A DNA stretch of 64,000 nt from Patescibacteria group bacterium (GTDB taxonomy: Bacteria; Patescibacteriota; Minisyncoccia; Phycocordibacterales; JAKAEA01). Made by a program: the position numbers and the translations under genes. Under the pieces are notes generated by a model. The model saw nothing but the letters and a program-made list of their open reading frames with translations. It had not been told where the DNA came from and ran no database searches. Positions 54,937 through 64,000 of this stretch are shown here, one piece after another. Where the stretch lies: NCBI GenBank assembly GCA_040387855.1, contig JAZKCY010000001.1:253857-317856 (forward strand). The letters are read 5' to 3'. Numbering within the stretch: position 1 is the first letter of the stretch; each line of letters starts with the position of its first letter.

Positions 54937-57900
54937 TTGTATATGTCGACAAAAAATACCCCAGCAAAGAGAGAACAAAAGATCTTCGGTAAGTTCAAAG
55001 CACCCCTTACCGAGATGCCAAACCTCGTAGAAGCGCAGCTTAATTCATACAAGCTCCTTCTCGAATCGGGCCTTGAAGAAGTATTTCGTGAGTTTTCATC
55101 AATTAAGGATTATTCAGGTAAGAAGTTTGAGCTTGATTTCGCAGGCTTTAAGCTTGGAGCTCCTCAGTACGATGAGTTTTATGCTAAAGACAATAAGCTT
55201 TCATATGAAGCGCCTCTTAAAGTAATCGTACGTCTTAAGAATAAGACTATCGGTGGTACTAAAGAACAAGAAATTTTCATGGCGGACTTTCCGCTCATGA
55301 CTCCTCACGGTACGTTTATCATCGCTGGTATTGAACGAGTAATTGTCCCTCAATTGGCTCGATCATTCGGCGTGTTTTTCACATCTGGTGAAATCAAAGG
55401 AAAAACATACTTCGGAGCAAAAATCATTCCATCACGAGGTGCATGGATTGAAATCGAATCAGAATCGGACGGATCCCTCTACGTTCGAATTGATCGAAAG
55501 CGAAAGTTTCCAGTAACATCACTCCTCCGAATTCTTGGAGCTACAACTGATGCAGATATTCATGCTCTTTTTGCAGGAAATCCAGAAGCAAAGGCTTCAA
55601 TTGAAAATTCTCTTGCAAAGGATCATGCAAAGACAGTTGAAGAATCATATATTGAAATCCACAAGCGACTACGAGACGGAGATCTAGCTACTGCAGATAA
55701 CGCACGAGAATTTATCAAGACTATTTTTGATAAAGAGCGATATGATATCTCACGAGTAGGACGATTCCGATTCAATAAGCGATTCGAAAAGAGCATGCAA
55801 GAAGAATCTCTTGAACGACGAACTATTGATCTTGATGACGTTGCAACTATTGTGAAGCATGTTATTTCCCTTAATAACACACCTGATTCACGAGAAGATG
55901 ATATCGATCACCTTGGATCTCGAAGAGTTCGTTATGTTGGGGAATTATTGCAGCAGAAAATTCGAGTTGGTCTTTCACAGATGAAGCGAAATATTCAGGA
56001 TCGAATGTCTACTATTGAGTCAGACGTTACTATGCCTGTGCAGTTCATCTCACCAAAGCCACTACAGGCTCGAATTAAAGAATTTTTTACAACAAACCAG
56101 TTGTCTCAGTTCATGCAGCAAGAAAACATCTTGTCTGAATTGGAACATCTTCGAACCCTCTCAGCTCTCGGACCTGGAGGTCTCGATCGACTACGAGCGG
56201 GCTTTGAAGTGCGAGACGTGCACCCATCTCACTACGGACGATTGTGTCCAATCCACACACCTGAAGGACCAAACATCGGTCTTATTCTTCGACTCTGCAC
56301 CTATGCACGTTTGAATGAATTCGGCATGATTGAAACTCCGTATGCAAAGGTAAAGAATGGAAAGATCACTGGTGAAATTCAGTACTTGAATGCTCTTGAA
56401 GAAGAATCATTCAATATTGCTCATGCTGCAACTCAGTATGATAAAGATGGAAATCTAACTGAAGAAGAAACAGAAGTGCGATCAAATGGAAATCCTATTG
56501 TAGTTGCTCGAAACGATGTGCACTACATCGACGTAGCAACAAACCAGGCATTCTCTATTGCAACTTCTATGATTCCGTTTCTAAACCACGACGACGCATC
56601 ACGAGCGCTCATGGGTTCAAACATGCAGAAGCAAGCTACTCCATGTATTATTCCTGAAGCACCATTGGTTGCTACTGGAATTGAAGAGAAAGCAGCTCGA
56701 GACACAGGACGACTTATTCTTGCAGATGAAGATGGAGTTATTTCAGCTGTAGATGCACGACAGATCACTCTCAAAACAAATAAAGGTAAAGAAATTACTC
56801 ACAAGTTGGTGAACTACTCACGAACAAACGGATTTACTGCATTCCACCAGCGACCAGTTGTAAACCTAAATCAGAAAGTTGAGAAGGGAGAATTGCTCGC
56901 TGATACTTCATCATCTGATGGAGGACAAATGGCCCTCGGACAAAACATGCTTATTGCATTTATGTCATGGTCTGGAAACAACTACGAAGACGCTATTATT
57001 CTTTCAGAAAAACTTGTTAAAGAAAGTAAGTTTACTTCAATCCACTTAGAAGAATTTGTGGTGAACGTACGAGACACAAAGCTCGGACCTGAAGTTACAA
57101 CTCACGACATTCCAAACGTTGGAGAAGGAAAACTTAAGAACCTCGACGAAGAAGGTATCATTCGAATAGGAGCAGAAGTACGGCCAGGAGATATCCTTGT
57201 TGGAAAAATTACTCCAAAGGGAGAAACTCAGCTTACTCCAGAAGAACGACTTCTACGATCACTCTTCGGTGAAAAATCACGAGATGTAAAAGATACATCA
57301 AAGCGATTGGAGAACGGAAAGCGAGGACGAGTTATCTCAGTAAAAGTATTCGGACGAGAAAAGGGAGACAAACTTGAATCTGGAATCATCAAGCGAATTC
57401 ACATTGAAATTGCGCAGCTTCGAAATGTATCTGTAGGAGACAAGCTTGCGGGACGACACGGAAACAAGGGAGTTATCTCAAAGATTCTTCCTATTGAAGA
57501 TATGCCATACATGACAGACGGAACTCCTGTAGATATGATTTTGACACCGCTTGGAGTGCCATCACGTATGAACCTCGGACAGATTCTTGAACTTCACTTA
57601 GGTTTAGCTGCAAAAACTCTTAATTATCAAGCTATCGTCCCTCCATTTACGGGAGCTACCGATGTTGAAATTAAGCAAGAATTGGTAAAGGCTGGTTACA
57701 AAGAAAACGGAAAAATGAAACTCTTTGATGGACGAACAGGAGAAGCATTCCAGCAAGAAATTGCAGTAGGTTACATGTATATCTTGAAACTTCACCACAT
57801 GGTGGAAGATAAGATCCACATGCGATCAATTGGACCTTACTCTCTCATTACTCAGCAGCCACTTGGAGGAAAGGCTCAGCAAGGAGGTCAACGATTTGGA

Positions 57901-58152
57901 GAAATGGAAGTGTGGGCTCTTCTCGGACACGGCGCAGCATACAACTTGCGAGAAGTTCTCACTATTAAGTCTGACGATATCCAGGGACGATCAGCAGCAT
58001 TCGATGCAATCGTTAAGGGTAACGACATTCAGGCACCAAATATTCCAGCATCATTCAATGTGCTCATGGCAAACCTAAAGGGACTTGCACTTGATGTTGA
58101 TTTGAAAAAGAAAAAGGTCGAGTACGAAGATGTAACTAATGACGAAAAATAA
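54937..58152 (+). CDS. rpoB: DNA-directed RNA polymerase subunit beta
   Basis: Conserved rpoB blocks (e.g. GRHGNKGVISKILP, NMQKQA); 1071 aa. Confidence 0.9.
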   Translation: MYMSTKNTPAKREQKIFGKFKAPLTEMPNLVEAQLNSYKLLLESGLEEVFREFSSIKDYSGKKFELDFAGFKLGAPQYDEFYAKDNKLSYEAPLKVIVRLKNKTIGGTKEQEIFMADFPLMTPHGTFIIAGIERVIVPQLARSFGVFFTSGEIKGKTYFGAKIIPSRGAWIEIESESDGSLYVRIDRKRKFPVTSLLRILGATTDADIHALFAGNPEAKASIENSLAKDHAKTVEESYIEIHKRLRDGDLATADNAREFIKTIFDKERYDISRVGRFRFNKRFEKSMQEESLERRTIDLDDVATIVKHVISLNNTPDSREDDIDHLGSRRVRYVGELLQQKIRVGLSQMKRNIQDRMSTIESDVTMPVQFISPKPLQARIKEFFTTNQLSQFMQQENILSELEHLRTLSALGPGGLDRLRAGFEVRDVHPSHYGRLCPIHTPEGPNIGLILRLCTYARLNEFGMIETPYAKVKNGKITGEIQYLNALEEESFNIAHAATQYDKDGNLTEEETEVRSNGNPIVVARNDVHYIDVATNQAFSIATSMIPFLNHDDASRALMGSNMQKQATPCIIPEAPLVATGIEEKAARDTGRLILADEDGVISAVDARQITLKTNKGKEITHKLVNYSRTNGFTAFHQRPVVNLNQKVEKGELLADTSSSDGGQMALGQNMLIAFMSWSGNNYEDAIILSEKLVKESKFTSIHLEEFVVNVRDTKLGPEVTTHDIPNVGEGKLKNLDEEGIIRIGAEVRPGDILVGKITPKGETQLTPEERLLRSLFGEKSRDVKDTSKRLENGKRGRVISVKVFGREKGDKLESGIIKRIHIEIAQLRNVSVGDKLAGRHGNKGVISKILPIEDMPYMTDGTPVDMILTPLGVPSRMNLGQILELHLGLAAKTLNYQAIVPPFTGATDVEIKQELVKAGYKENGKMKLFDGRTGEAFQQEIAVGYMYILKLHHMVEDKIHMRSIGPYSLITQQPLGGKAQQGGQRFGEMEVWALLGHGAAYNLREVLTIKSDDIQGRSAAFDAIVKGNDIQAPNIPASFNVLMANLKGLALDVDLKKKKVEYEDVTNDEK

Positions 58153-58175
58153 TTCATCATTAATTATCTAAACTT

Positions 58176-61100
58176 ATGAAAACCCCCAACAACAAAATTA
58201 AAGGAGCTGAAAATCTCGATTTCGACGCAATCGTTTTACGAGTGGCTTCTCCTGAAAAAATTAAGGAATGGTCATATGGCGAAGTAACAAAGCCAGAAAC
58301 TATTAACTATCGTACTCAGCGATCTGAAAAGAGTGGTCTCTTCGATGAAAAAATATTCGGTCCAGATAAGGATTATGAATGTTACTGTGGAAAGTATCGT
58401 GGAATTCGATACAAGGGAATTGTCTGTGAAAAGTGTGGAGTTGAAATCACTCGATCAATTGTTCGACGAGAGCGAATGGGCCACATTGATTTAGCTACAC
58501 CCGTATCTCACATTTGGTTCTTGCGATCAATGCCATCACGAATTGGTATGATCCTCGGATTGAATACTCCTGATCTTGAGAAAGTTATCTACTTCGCAGG
58601 ATACATTGTAAACAGTGTAAACGAAGAAGAACGACAGCAGATCTTGAAAGACTTGGATTCAGAATTTAAGTCAAAGATGAAGAATCTCCAAGACGAAAAG
58701 TCAAAGGAGGCTATGAAAGAGATGATGACAACTGCTAAGAAGGATATTGAAAATATTCAGGCAGGTCAGGTTCTTGATGAAGTGCAGTACCACAACTACT
58801 CAATGAAGTACGGTACACTCTTTGAAGCAGGAATTGGAGCAGAAGCTATCTACAATATTTTCAAAAATCTTGATCTTAAGAAATTGGCAGGGAAGCTTGA
58901 AGTAGATCTTGAAAAAGCGGGATCAGCAGAAGTTGATAAAATCAACAAGCGATTGTCACTTCTCCGAGCGATGATTAGCTCAGGAATCCGACCTGAATGG
59001 ATGTTCCTTTCACGAATTCCAGTTATTCCACCAGGTATTCGACCAATGGTTCCTCTAGACGGAGGACGATATGCAACATCAGACGTAAACGATCTTTACC
59101 GACGAGTTATCAATCGAAACAACCGACTCAAGAAGCTTAAGGAAATCATGGCTCCTGATGTTATTCTCCGAAACGAAAAGCGAATCTTGCAAGAAGCAGT
59201 TGATTCACTTATCGACAACTCTATCCGACACGGAAATGCGTCACAGTCTGCGGTAAATCAGTCACAGCGACGAGCACTTAAGTCACTCTCAGACAATCTT
59301 AAGGGTAAGCGAGGTCTCTTCCGAGCAAACCTTCTTGGAAAGCGAGTAGACTACTCAGGACGATCAGTTATCGTGGTGGGTCCACACCTTGGATTGCACC
59401 AGTGTGGTCTTCCAAAGTTTATGGCACTCGAACTCTTCCGACCATTTGTTATTTCAGAACTTCTTAAGAAAGAACACGCATTCAACATTCGAGGTGCAGG
59501 ACGACTTATCGATGAAGGTCTACCAGAAGTATGGGCAATTCTCGAAGATGTAATCAAAGACAAGTATGTGCTTTTGAACCGAGCTCCTACTCTTCACCGA
59601 TTAGGTATGCAGGCGTTCAAGCCTATCCTTATTGAAGGATCTGCTATCCAAGTTCACCCTCTCGTATGTACAGCGTTCAACGCCGACTTCGACGGAGACC
59701 AAATGGCCGTTCACGTTCCGCTTTCAAAAGAAGCGCAGCTTGAAGCAAAGGAAATTATGGCATCTGTGAAGAACATCTTGAAGCCTGGATCTGGAGAACC
59801 AACAGTATCAGCAAAAATGCTTGATATCGTTCTTGGATGTTACTGGATGACAAAGATTGTTGCTGGTGAAAAGGGAGAAGATAAAATTTTCCCTGGAGCA
59901 AACAGTGCAATTACTGCTCACGACTTCGGTGAACTTTCACTCCGAGCAAAAATCAAAGTACTTCCAAAGAATACTCAGAAGTATGCAGGATTTGATGGTA
60001 AGCCATTTGAAACTTCTGTAGGAAGACTTTTGTTCAATGCTGTTCTTCCAAAAGACTATCCATTCATCAATCAAGAAATCAACCGAAAGAAGATGCAGGC
60101 AATCGTAACTGATCTTATTGATATTTACGGTATCGAAAATGTTCCTGCAATCCTCGACCGAGTTAAGGAATTCGGATTCAAGTATGCAACACACTCTGGT
60201 ACAACATGGGGAATTGATGACGTTGTGATTCCAAAGGGTAAGCCAAAGGTTATCGAAGCTGCACGTGCTCGAGCAGATGTTGTGTTGTCACAATACAATG
60301 ACGGTCTTCTTTCACAGGAAGAACGAGCTCGAATGATGATTGAAATTTGGCAAGATGCTAAGGGTCAAATCGAAAAGCTTATTCCTGAAAGTTTGGATCC
60401 AAATGGTTCTGTTTCAGACATGGTTATGTCAGGAGCCCGAGGTTCTCTTGCTCAGATTGTGCAGATGGCCGGAATGAAAGGATTGATTACAAATACTGCT
60501 GGAGAAACAATCGAATTCCCAATTATCTCAAACTCAAAGGAAGGTCTAACACCTATTGAATACTTCATTACTACTCACGGATCACGAAAGGGTCTTACCG
60601 ACACCGCGCTTAACACTGCAAAGGCAGGTTACCTTACTCGTAAGCTCTTCGTTGTAGCCCAGGACACAATGATCTCAGAAGAGGATTGTGGAACTAAGAA
60701 AGGAATCAATGTTCGAAAGGATAGTGGAAGTGGACTTGAAGTTCCTGTATCAAAGATCATCCGAGGACGAACACTTGCACTTGATGCTGTTACTGCATCT
60801 GGCGAAGTACTCTTCAAGCGAGGACATCTACTCACAAAAGATGAGTCAATGAAAATAGAAGAAGCTGGTATTCAAGAAGTATGCGTACGATCACCAATGA
60901 CCTGTGAAAGTGCATCAGGAATTTGTGCTCATTGTTACGGAAACGATCTTGGAAAGAACAAGCTTATCGAAATTGGAGAAGCTGTAGGAACTGTTGCTGG
61001 TCAGGCTATCGGAGAACCAGGTACACAGCTTACTATGCGAACCTTCCACTCTGGAGGTACTGCACAGATTGGAGGAGACATTACACAAGGTCTTCCTCGA

Positions 61101-61880
61101 GTTGAAGAAGTCTTTGAAAAACGATCTCCAAAGAATCCTGCTGTAGTTATTCATGCAGATGGACTTGTTGCAGAAATTAAAGATACTGGAAAAGAAAAAA
61201 TCATTACTATTCTTCCTGATGAAGGAGAGAAGCCAAAGGCAAAAACTACAAAGACAAAGAAGAAGAATGATAATGAATACAGTGTGAGTTATAACCGAGT
61301 TATTCTTGTAAAAGCAGGAGATAAGGTAAAGAAGGGTCAAATTGTTACCGACGGTTCTGCAGATATCGACGAACTCTTCAAATATGGAGGCCGAGAAGTT
61401 ACTCAGGATTACATCATTTCTGAAGTATCAAAGCTCTACGAACTTCAAGGAGAATCTGTTTCTCGAAAGCACATTGAAGTTATTGTACGACAAATGTTCT
61501 CACGACGAATCATCAAAACTCCAGGTGACGCTGCATTCTCAGTTGGCGATCTCGTAGAAAACCATCTCTTTGTTCATGAAAATGCACGAGTACGAGAGAA
61601 GGGAGGAGAAGAGGCTAAGGGTGAATATGTAGTTATGGGTATTACTGAAGTTTCTCTTTCACGAAAGAGTTTCCTTTCAGCAGCTTCATTCCAACATACA
61701 ACTCGAGTTCTTATCAATGCCGCTATCCGAGGTACTGAAGACAACCTAAGTGGTCTTATGGAAAACGTTATCTTAGGACGATTGATTCCAGCAGGTACAG
61801 GATTTAAGGGAAGTCCAAAGGCAAAGATGATTGAAGCAATGCAAAAAGCTTCAGCTCCAGCACCACGATTTGAGGAGTAG
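58176..61880 (+). CDS. rpoC: DNA-directed RNA polymerase subunit beta'
   Basis: Zinc-binding CxxC..CxxC N-terminus, [14 protein letters not shown] catalytic motif. Confidence 0.9.
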   Translation: MKTPNNKIKGAENLDFDAIVLRVASPEKIKEWSYGEVTKPETINYRTQRSEKSGLFDEKIFGPDKDYECYCGKYRGIRYKGIVCEKCGVEITRSIVRRERMGHIDLATPVSHIWFLRSMPSRIGMILGLNTPDLEKVIYFAGYIVNSVNEEERQQILKDLDSEFKSKMKNLQDEKSKEAMKEMMTTAKKDIENIQAGQVLDEVQYHNYSMKYGTLFEAGIGAEAIYNIFKNLDLKKLAGKLEVDLEKAGSAEVDKINKRLSLLRAMISSGIRPEWMFLSRIPVIPPGIRPMVPLDGGRYATSDVNDLYRRVINRNNRLKKLKEIMAPDVILRNEKRILQEAVDSLIDNSIRHGNASQSAVNQSQRRALKSLSDNLKGKRGLFRANLLGKRVDYSGRSVIVVGPHLGLHQCGLPKFMALELFRPFVISELLKKEHAFNIRGAGRLIDEGLPEVWAILEDVIKDKYVLLNRAPTLHRLGMQAFKPILIEGSAIQVHPLVCTAFNADFDGDQMAVHVPLSKEAQLEAKEIMASVKNILKPGSGEPTVSAKMLDIVLGCYWMTKIVAGEKGEDKIFPGANSAITAHDFGELSLRAKIKVLPKNTQKYAGFDGKPFETSVGRLLFNAVLPKDYPFINQEINRKKMQAIVTDLIDIYGIENVPAILDRVKEFGFKYATHSGTTWGIDDVVIPKGKPKVIEAARARADVVLSQYNDGLLSQEERARMMIEIWQDAKGQIEKLIPESLDPNGSVSDMVMSGARGSLAQIVQMAGMKGLITNTAGETIEFPIISNSKEGLTPIEYFITTHGSRKGLTDTALNTAKAGYLTRKLFVVAQDTMISEEDCGTKKGINVRKDSGSGLEVPVSKIIRGRTLALDAVTASGEVLFKRGHLLTKDESMKIEEAGIQEVCVRSPMTCESASGICAHCYGNDLGKNKLIEIGEAVGTVAGQAIGEPGTQLTMRTFHSGGTAQIGGDITQGLPRVEEVFEKRSPKNPAVVIHADGLVAEIKDTGKEKIITILPDEGEKPKAKTTKTKKKNDNEYSVSYNRVILVKAGDKVKKGQIVTDGSADIDELFKYGGREVTQDYIISEVSKLYELQGESVSRKHIEVIVRQMFSRRIIKTPGDAAFSVGDLVENHLFVHENARVREKGGEEAKGEYVVMGITEVSLSRKSFLSAASFQHTTRVLINAAIRGTEDNLSGLMENVILGRLIPAGTGFKGSPKAKMIEAMQKASAPAPRFEE

Positions 61881-61907
61881 AGTCGGTTAGTACGTGAAGT
61901 TTTATAC

Positions 61908-63629
61908 ATGTCCTCTCACGTAGAAAAAATAAAAGAAAAATTGAGCATTGTTGATGTTGTTGGATCGTATATTCAGCTTGAAAAAGCTGGTACCAACTAC
62001 AAAGCAAAATGTCCATTCCACAACGAAAAGTCGCCATCATTCTTTATCTCTCCAGATAGGAATACGTACTATTGTTTTGGATGTGGTCATAAGGGTGACA
62101 TTCTGTCGTTTGTTCAAGAATTCGAGGGGCTCGATTTTATGGGAGCCCTTCGGGTGCTTGCGCAGCGTGCAGGTGTCACACTTGAAAAAGAAAATCCAAC
62201 GATACGTACAGAACGAGAAAAACTGTACTTAGCAATGGAGCATGCTACACTTTTCTTTCAACGTGAACTCATGCATAAAACAGATGCTAAAGAGTATCTG
62301 AAGAAACGAGGTCTTGTAGAAAAAACGGTGCGTGAATGGCGTGTTGGATATGCGCCCCTTGATTGGAAAGCAGTATCTACCTACTTGTTAACAAAAGGTT
62401 TCAAGATAGAAGAAATAGAAAAAGTAGGCTTGGCAAAAAAGTCTGACAAACGAGAAGGAGACCACTATGATCGATTTCGCGGACGTATCATGTTCCCATT
62501 ATTTGATTCTTCAGGAAGAGTAATCGCTTTTTCTGGTAGACAATTTGAACACGATGGTACTGAAGCAAAATATATCAATAGTCCTGAAACAGTTTTGTTT
62601 GAAAAATCTCGAGTATTGTATGGTTTTGATAAAGCAAAACTAGAAATACGAAAACGAGACTATTCACTACTTGTAGAAGGACAGATGGATTTGCTCATGA
62701 GTCATCAAGCCGGAGTTTCTAATGCTATAGCATCTTCAGGTACAGCGCTTACTCAGGATCAGCTTGAAATCGTACGTCGACTATCAAATAAAGTAGTTAT
62801 TGCGTATGACGGTGATAGTGCAGGACTCGCAGCTGCAGCTCGCGGATGGCAGATTGCTCTAAAGCTTGGAATGGATGTAAAGATTGCTGTAATGCCCAAA
62901 GGTAAAGATCCAGCAGATCTTATTTTGGAAGATCCACAGGCATTTGAAACTATTGTAAAAAATGCCCGTCATATTATCGATGTTGAATTGGATAGAATCC
63001 TTCAGACTTTTTCTGATAGTCGCGAGCGAGCTCTAGAGGTTGAAAAAAATGTTTTACCCTATGTTGCAGAACTGAAGAGCGAAATAGAAAAGGGGCACTT
63101 TATCAGTAAGATTGCACATGAAGCTAAGATTAAGGAAGATGTAATCTGGCAAGAAATACGAAAAAGAGAGAAGAATCTTTATACAGCTGCTGTGCCTGAT
63201 GTAAATAAGCCTCAGAATAAGGCTATGCCCGCTCGAAAGGGTTCAATAGAACGAACTTTGTTTGGAATTCTATTCTGGCAAGAAAAACAGAGTTCATCCG
63301 TCTTAGATAGTCTAGACATTAAGACAAAATTAAGTAATATTATTGGTAAGGAACAGATGAGCGACATTGAGACAGAAATGCGCAAACATCAAGACGAGCT
63401 CATATTTGAAGCTGAAGTCTCCTATCAAGACAGCAAAAATTTAAATACATATACAGACGAGTTGGTAAAAAGTCTCCATGAAGAATACCTTCGAGAACTT
63501 TTTGGGAAAACCGTCAAAGAATTGGAAGAAGCAGAAAGAGAAAGGAATGCAGATAAAGCAGTCGAACTCTTACAAAAGTGTCAGGAAATATCGAGTCAGT
63601 TAAGCAAGCTCTTACGAGAACGAGCATAA
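61908..63629 (+). CDS. dnaG: DNA primase
   Basis: CPFHNEKSPSF zinc ribbon, TOPRIM (EGQMDLL ... DGDSAG). Confidence 0.8.
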   Translation: MSSHVEKIKEKLSIVDVVGSYIQLEKAGTNYKAKCPFHNEKSPSFFISPDRNTYYCFGCGHKGDILSFVQEFEGLDFMGALRVLAQRAGVTLEKENPTIRTEREKLYLAMEHATLFFQRELMHKTDAKEYLKKRGLVEKTVREWRVGYAPLDWKAVSTYLLTKGFKIEEIEKVGLAKKSDKREGDHYDRFRGRIMFPLFDSSGRVIAFSGRQFEHDGTEAKYINSPETVLFEKSRVLYGFDKAKLEIRKRDYSLLVEGQMDLLMSHQAGVSNAIASSGTALTQDQLEIVRRLSNKVVIAYDGDSAGLAAAARGWQIALKLGMDVKIAVMPKGKDPADLILEDPQAFETIVKNARHIIDVELDRILQTFSDSRERALEVEKNVLPYVAELKSEIEKGHFISKIAHEAKIKEDVIWQEIRKREKNLYTAAVPDVNKPQNKAMPARKGSIERTLFGILFWQEKQSSSVLDSLDIKTKLSNIIGKEQMSDIETEMRKHQDELIFEAEVSYQDSKNLNTYTDELVKSLHEEYLRELFGKTVKELEEAERERNADKAVELLQKCQEISSQLSKLLRERA

Positions 63630-63639
63630 CACCACTCTA

Positions 63640-64000
63640 ATGAAAAAAAATAACAAAGAAAAAAAGAATACGACTGTAAAAAAAGGTGCTAAGCCAAAGG
63701 CAGCACCTGTGAAGAAATCTGCACCAAAAGCTTCAAAGCCAGTTGCACATACTAAGTCTGAAAAAAACAGTAAGTCTAAAGATACAAAAGAGAAAGTAAA
63801 AGTAGCTTCTAAACCTGGATCAAAGAAAGAAGATAACGAAAAAAAGTCAGATAAGCTTGTTGCAAAAGGAAAAGAACGAGGCTTCGTTACCTATGATGAA
63901 ATTCTGAAAGAATTTCCAACAATTGAAGATGATATTATCTTCCTAGAAGAATTGTATGAAAAGTTTTCTTCATCAGGAATTGATGTTCTTGAAGGAGGAG
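63640..64000 (+). CDS. rpoD: RNA polymerase sigma-70 factor, N-terminal part (3'-truncated by window end)
   Basis: Lys-rich N-terminal tail then ERGFVTYDEILKEFP region 1.1/1.2-like; dnaG-rpoD synteny. Confidence 0.6.
   Translation, partial: MKKNNKEKKNTTVKKGAKPKAAPVKKSAPKASKPVAHTKSEKNSKSKDTKEKVKVASKPGSKKEDNEKKSDKLVAKGKERGFVTYDEILKEFPTIEDDIIFLEELYEKFSSSGIDVLEGG

Noticed and set aside
1-64000. CRISPR arrays, transposases, integrases, restriction-modification or other recognisable defence/mobile-element genes
   Set aside because: None found. There are no regularly spaced direct repeats, no DDE/tyrosine-recombinase-like ORFs and no methyltransferase/ATPase defence pairs. The only repeats are intragenic adhesin repeats and the H1/H2 palindromes.

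Overview
The window is mostly low-GC (roughly 35-40% by eye) and reads as a chromosomal core region of a reduced-genome bacterium. The gene content is most consistent with a Patescibacteria/CPR, Saccharibacteria-like organism: truncated PheS, short SMC, EF-Ts and RpoB, a split transketolase, type IV pilins, a sortase with adhesins, and no biosynthetic genes. Housekeeping genes cover central carbon metabolism (gap, rpiB, rpe, split tkt, class II fba, PfkB kinase), translation (rplY/ctc, rpmE, prfA, rpsB, tsf, pheST, thrS behind a T-box leader, rpmF, rpsP, a KH protein, trmD, tRNA-Ser and tRNA-Thr) and replication/transcription (gyrB, dnaE, rnhB, nusB, rnc, smc, rnr, rpoB, rpoC, dnaG, the start of rpoD). 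Accessory content is a sortase-centred adhesin locus (a CARDB protein, a sortase, and a 998-aa Cna-B/PKD repeat protein), two type IV pilin genes, a GT39/thioredoxin-like/processive-GT2 cluster, and several orphan proteins. The most unusual signal is at least six short, clearly GC-richer (roughly 50-60% by eye) micro-islands wedged between core genes (about 1565-2010, 2954-3180, 25741-26500, 27211-28020, 51341-51625, 54480-54700). Each carries one or two small ORFs with a canonical GGAGG Shine-Dalgarno, which native genes here mostly lack, and with independent GC-rich hairpins; one ORF has GC3 above 80%. This pattern suggests repeated acquisition of small genes from a high-GC donor, plausibly the host of an epibiont. 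No CRISPR array, transposase, integrase, rRNA or recognisable RNase P/tmRNA/SRP gene was found.
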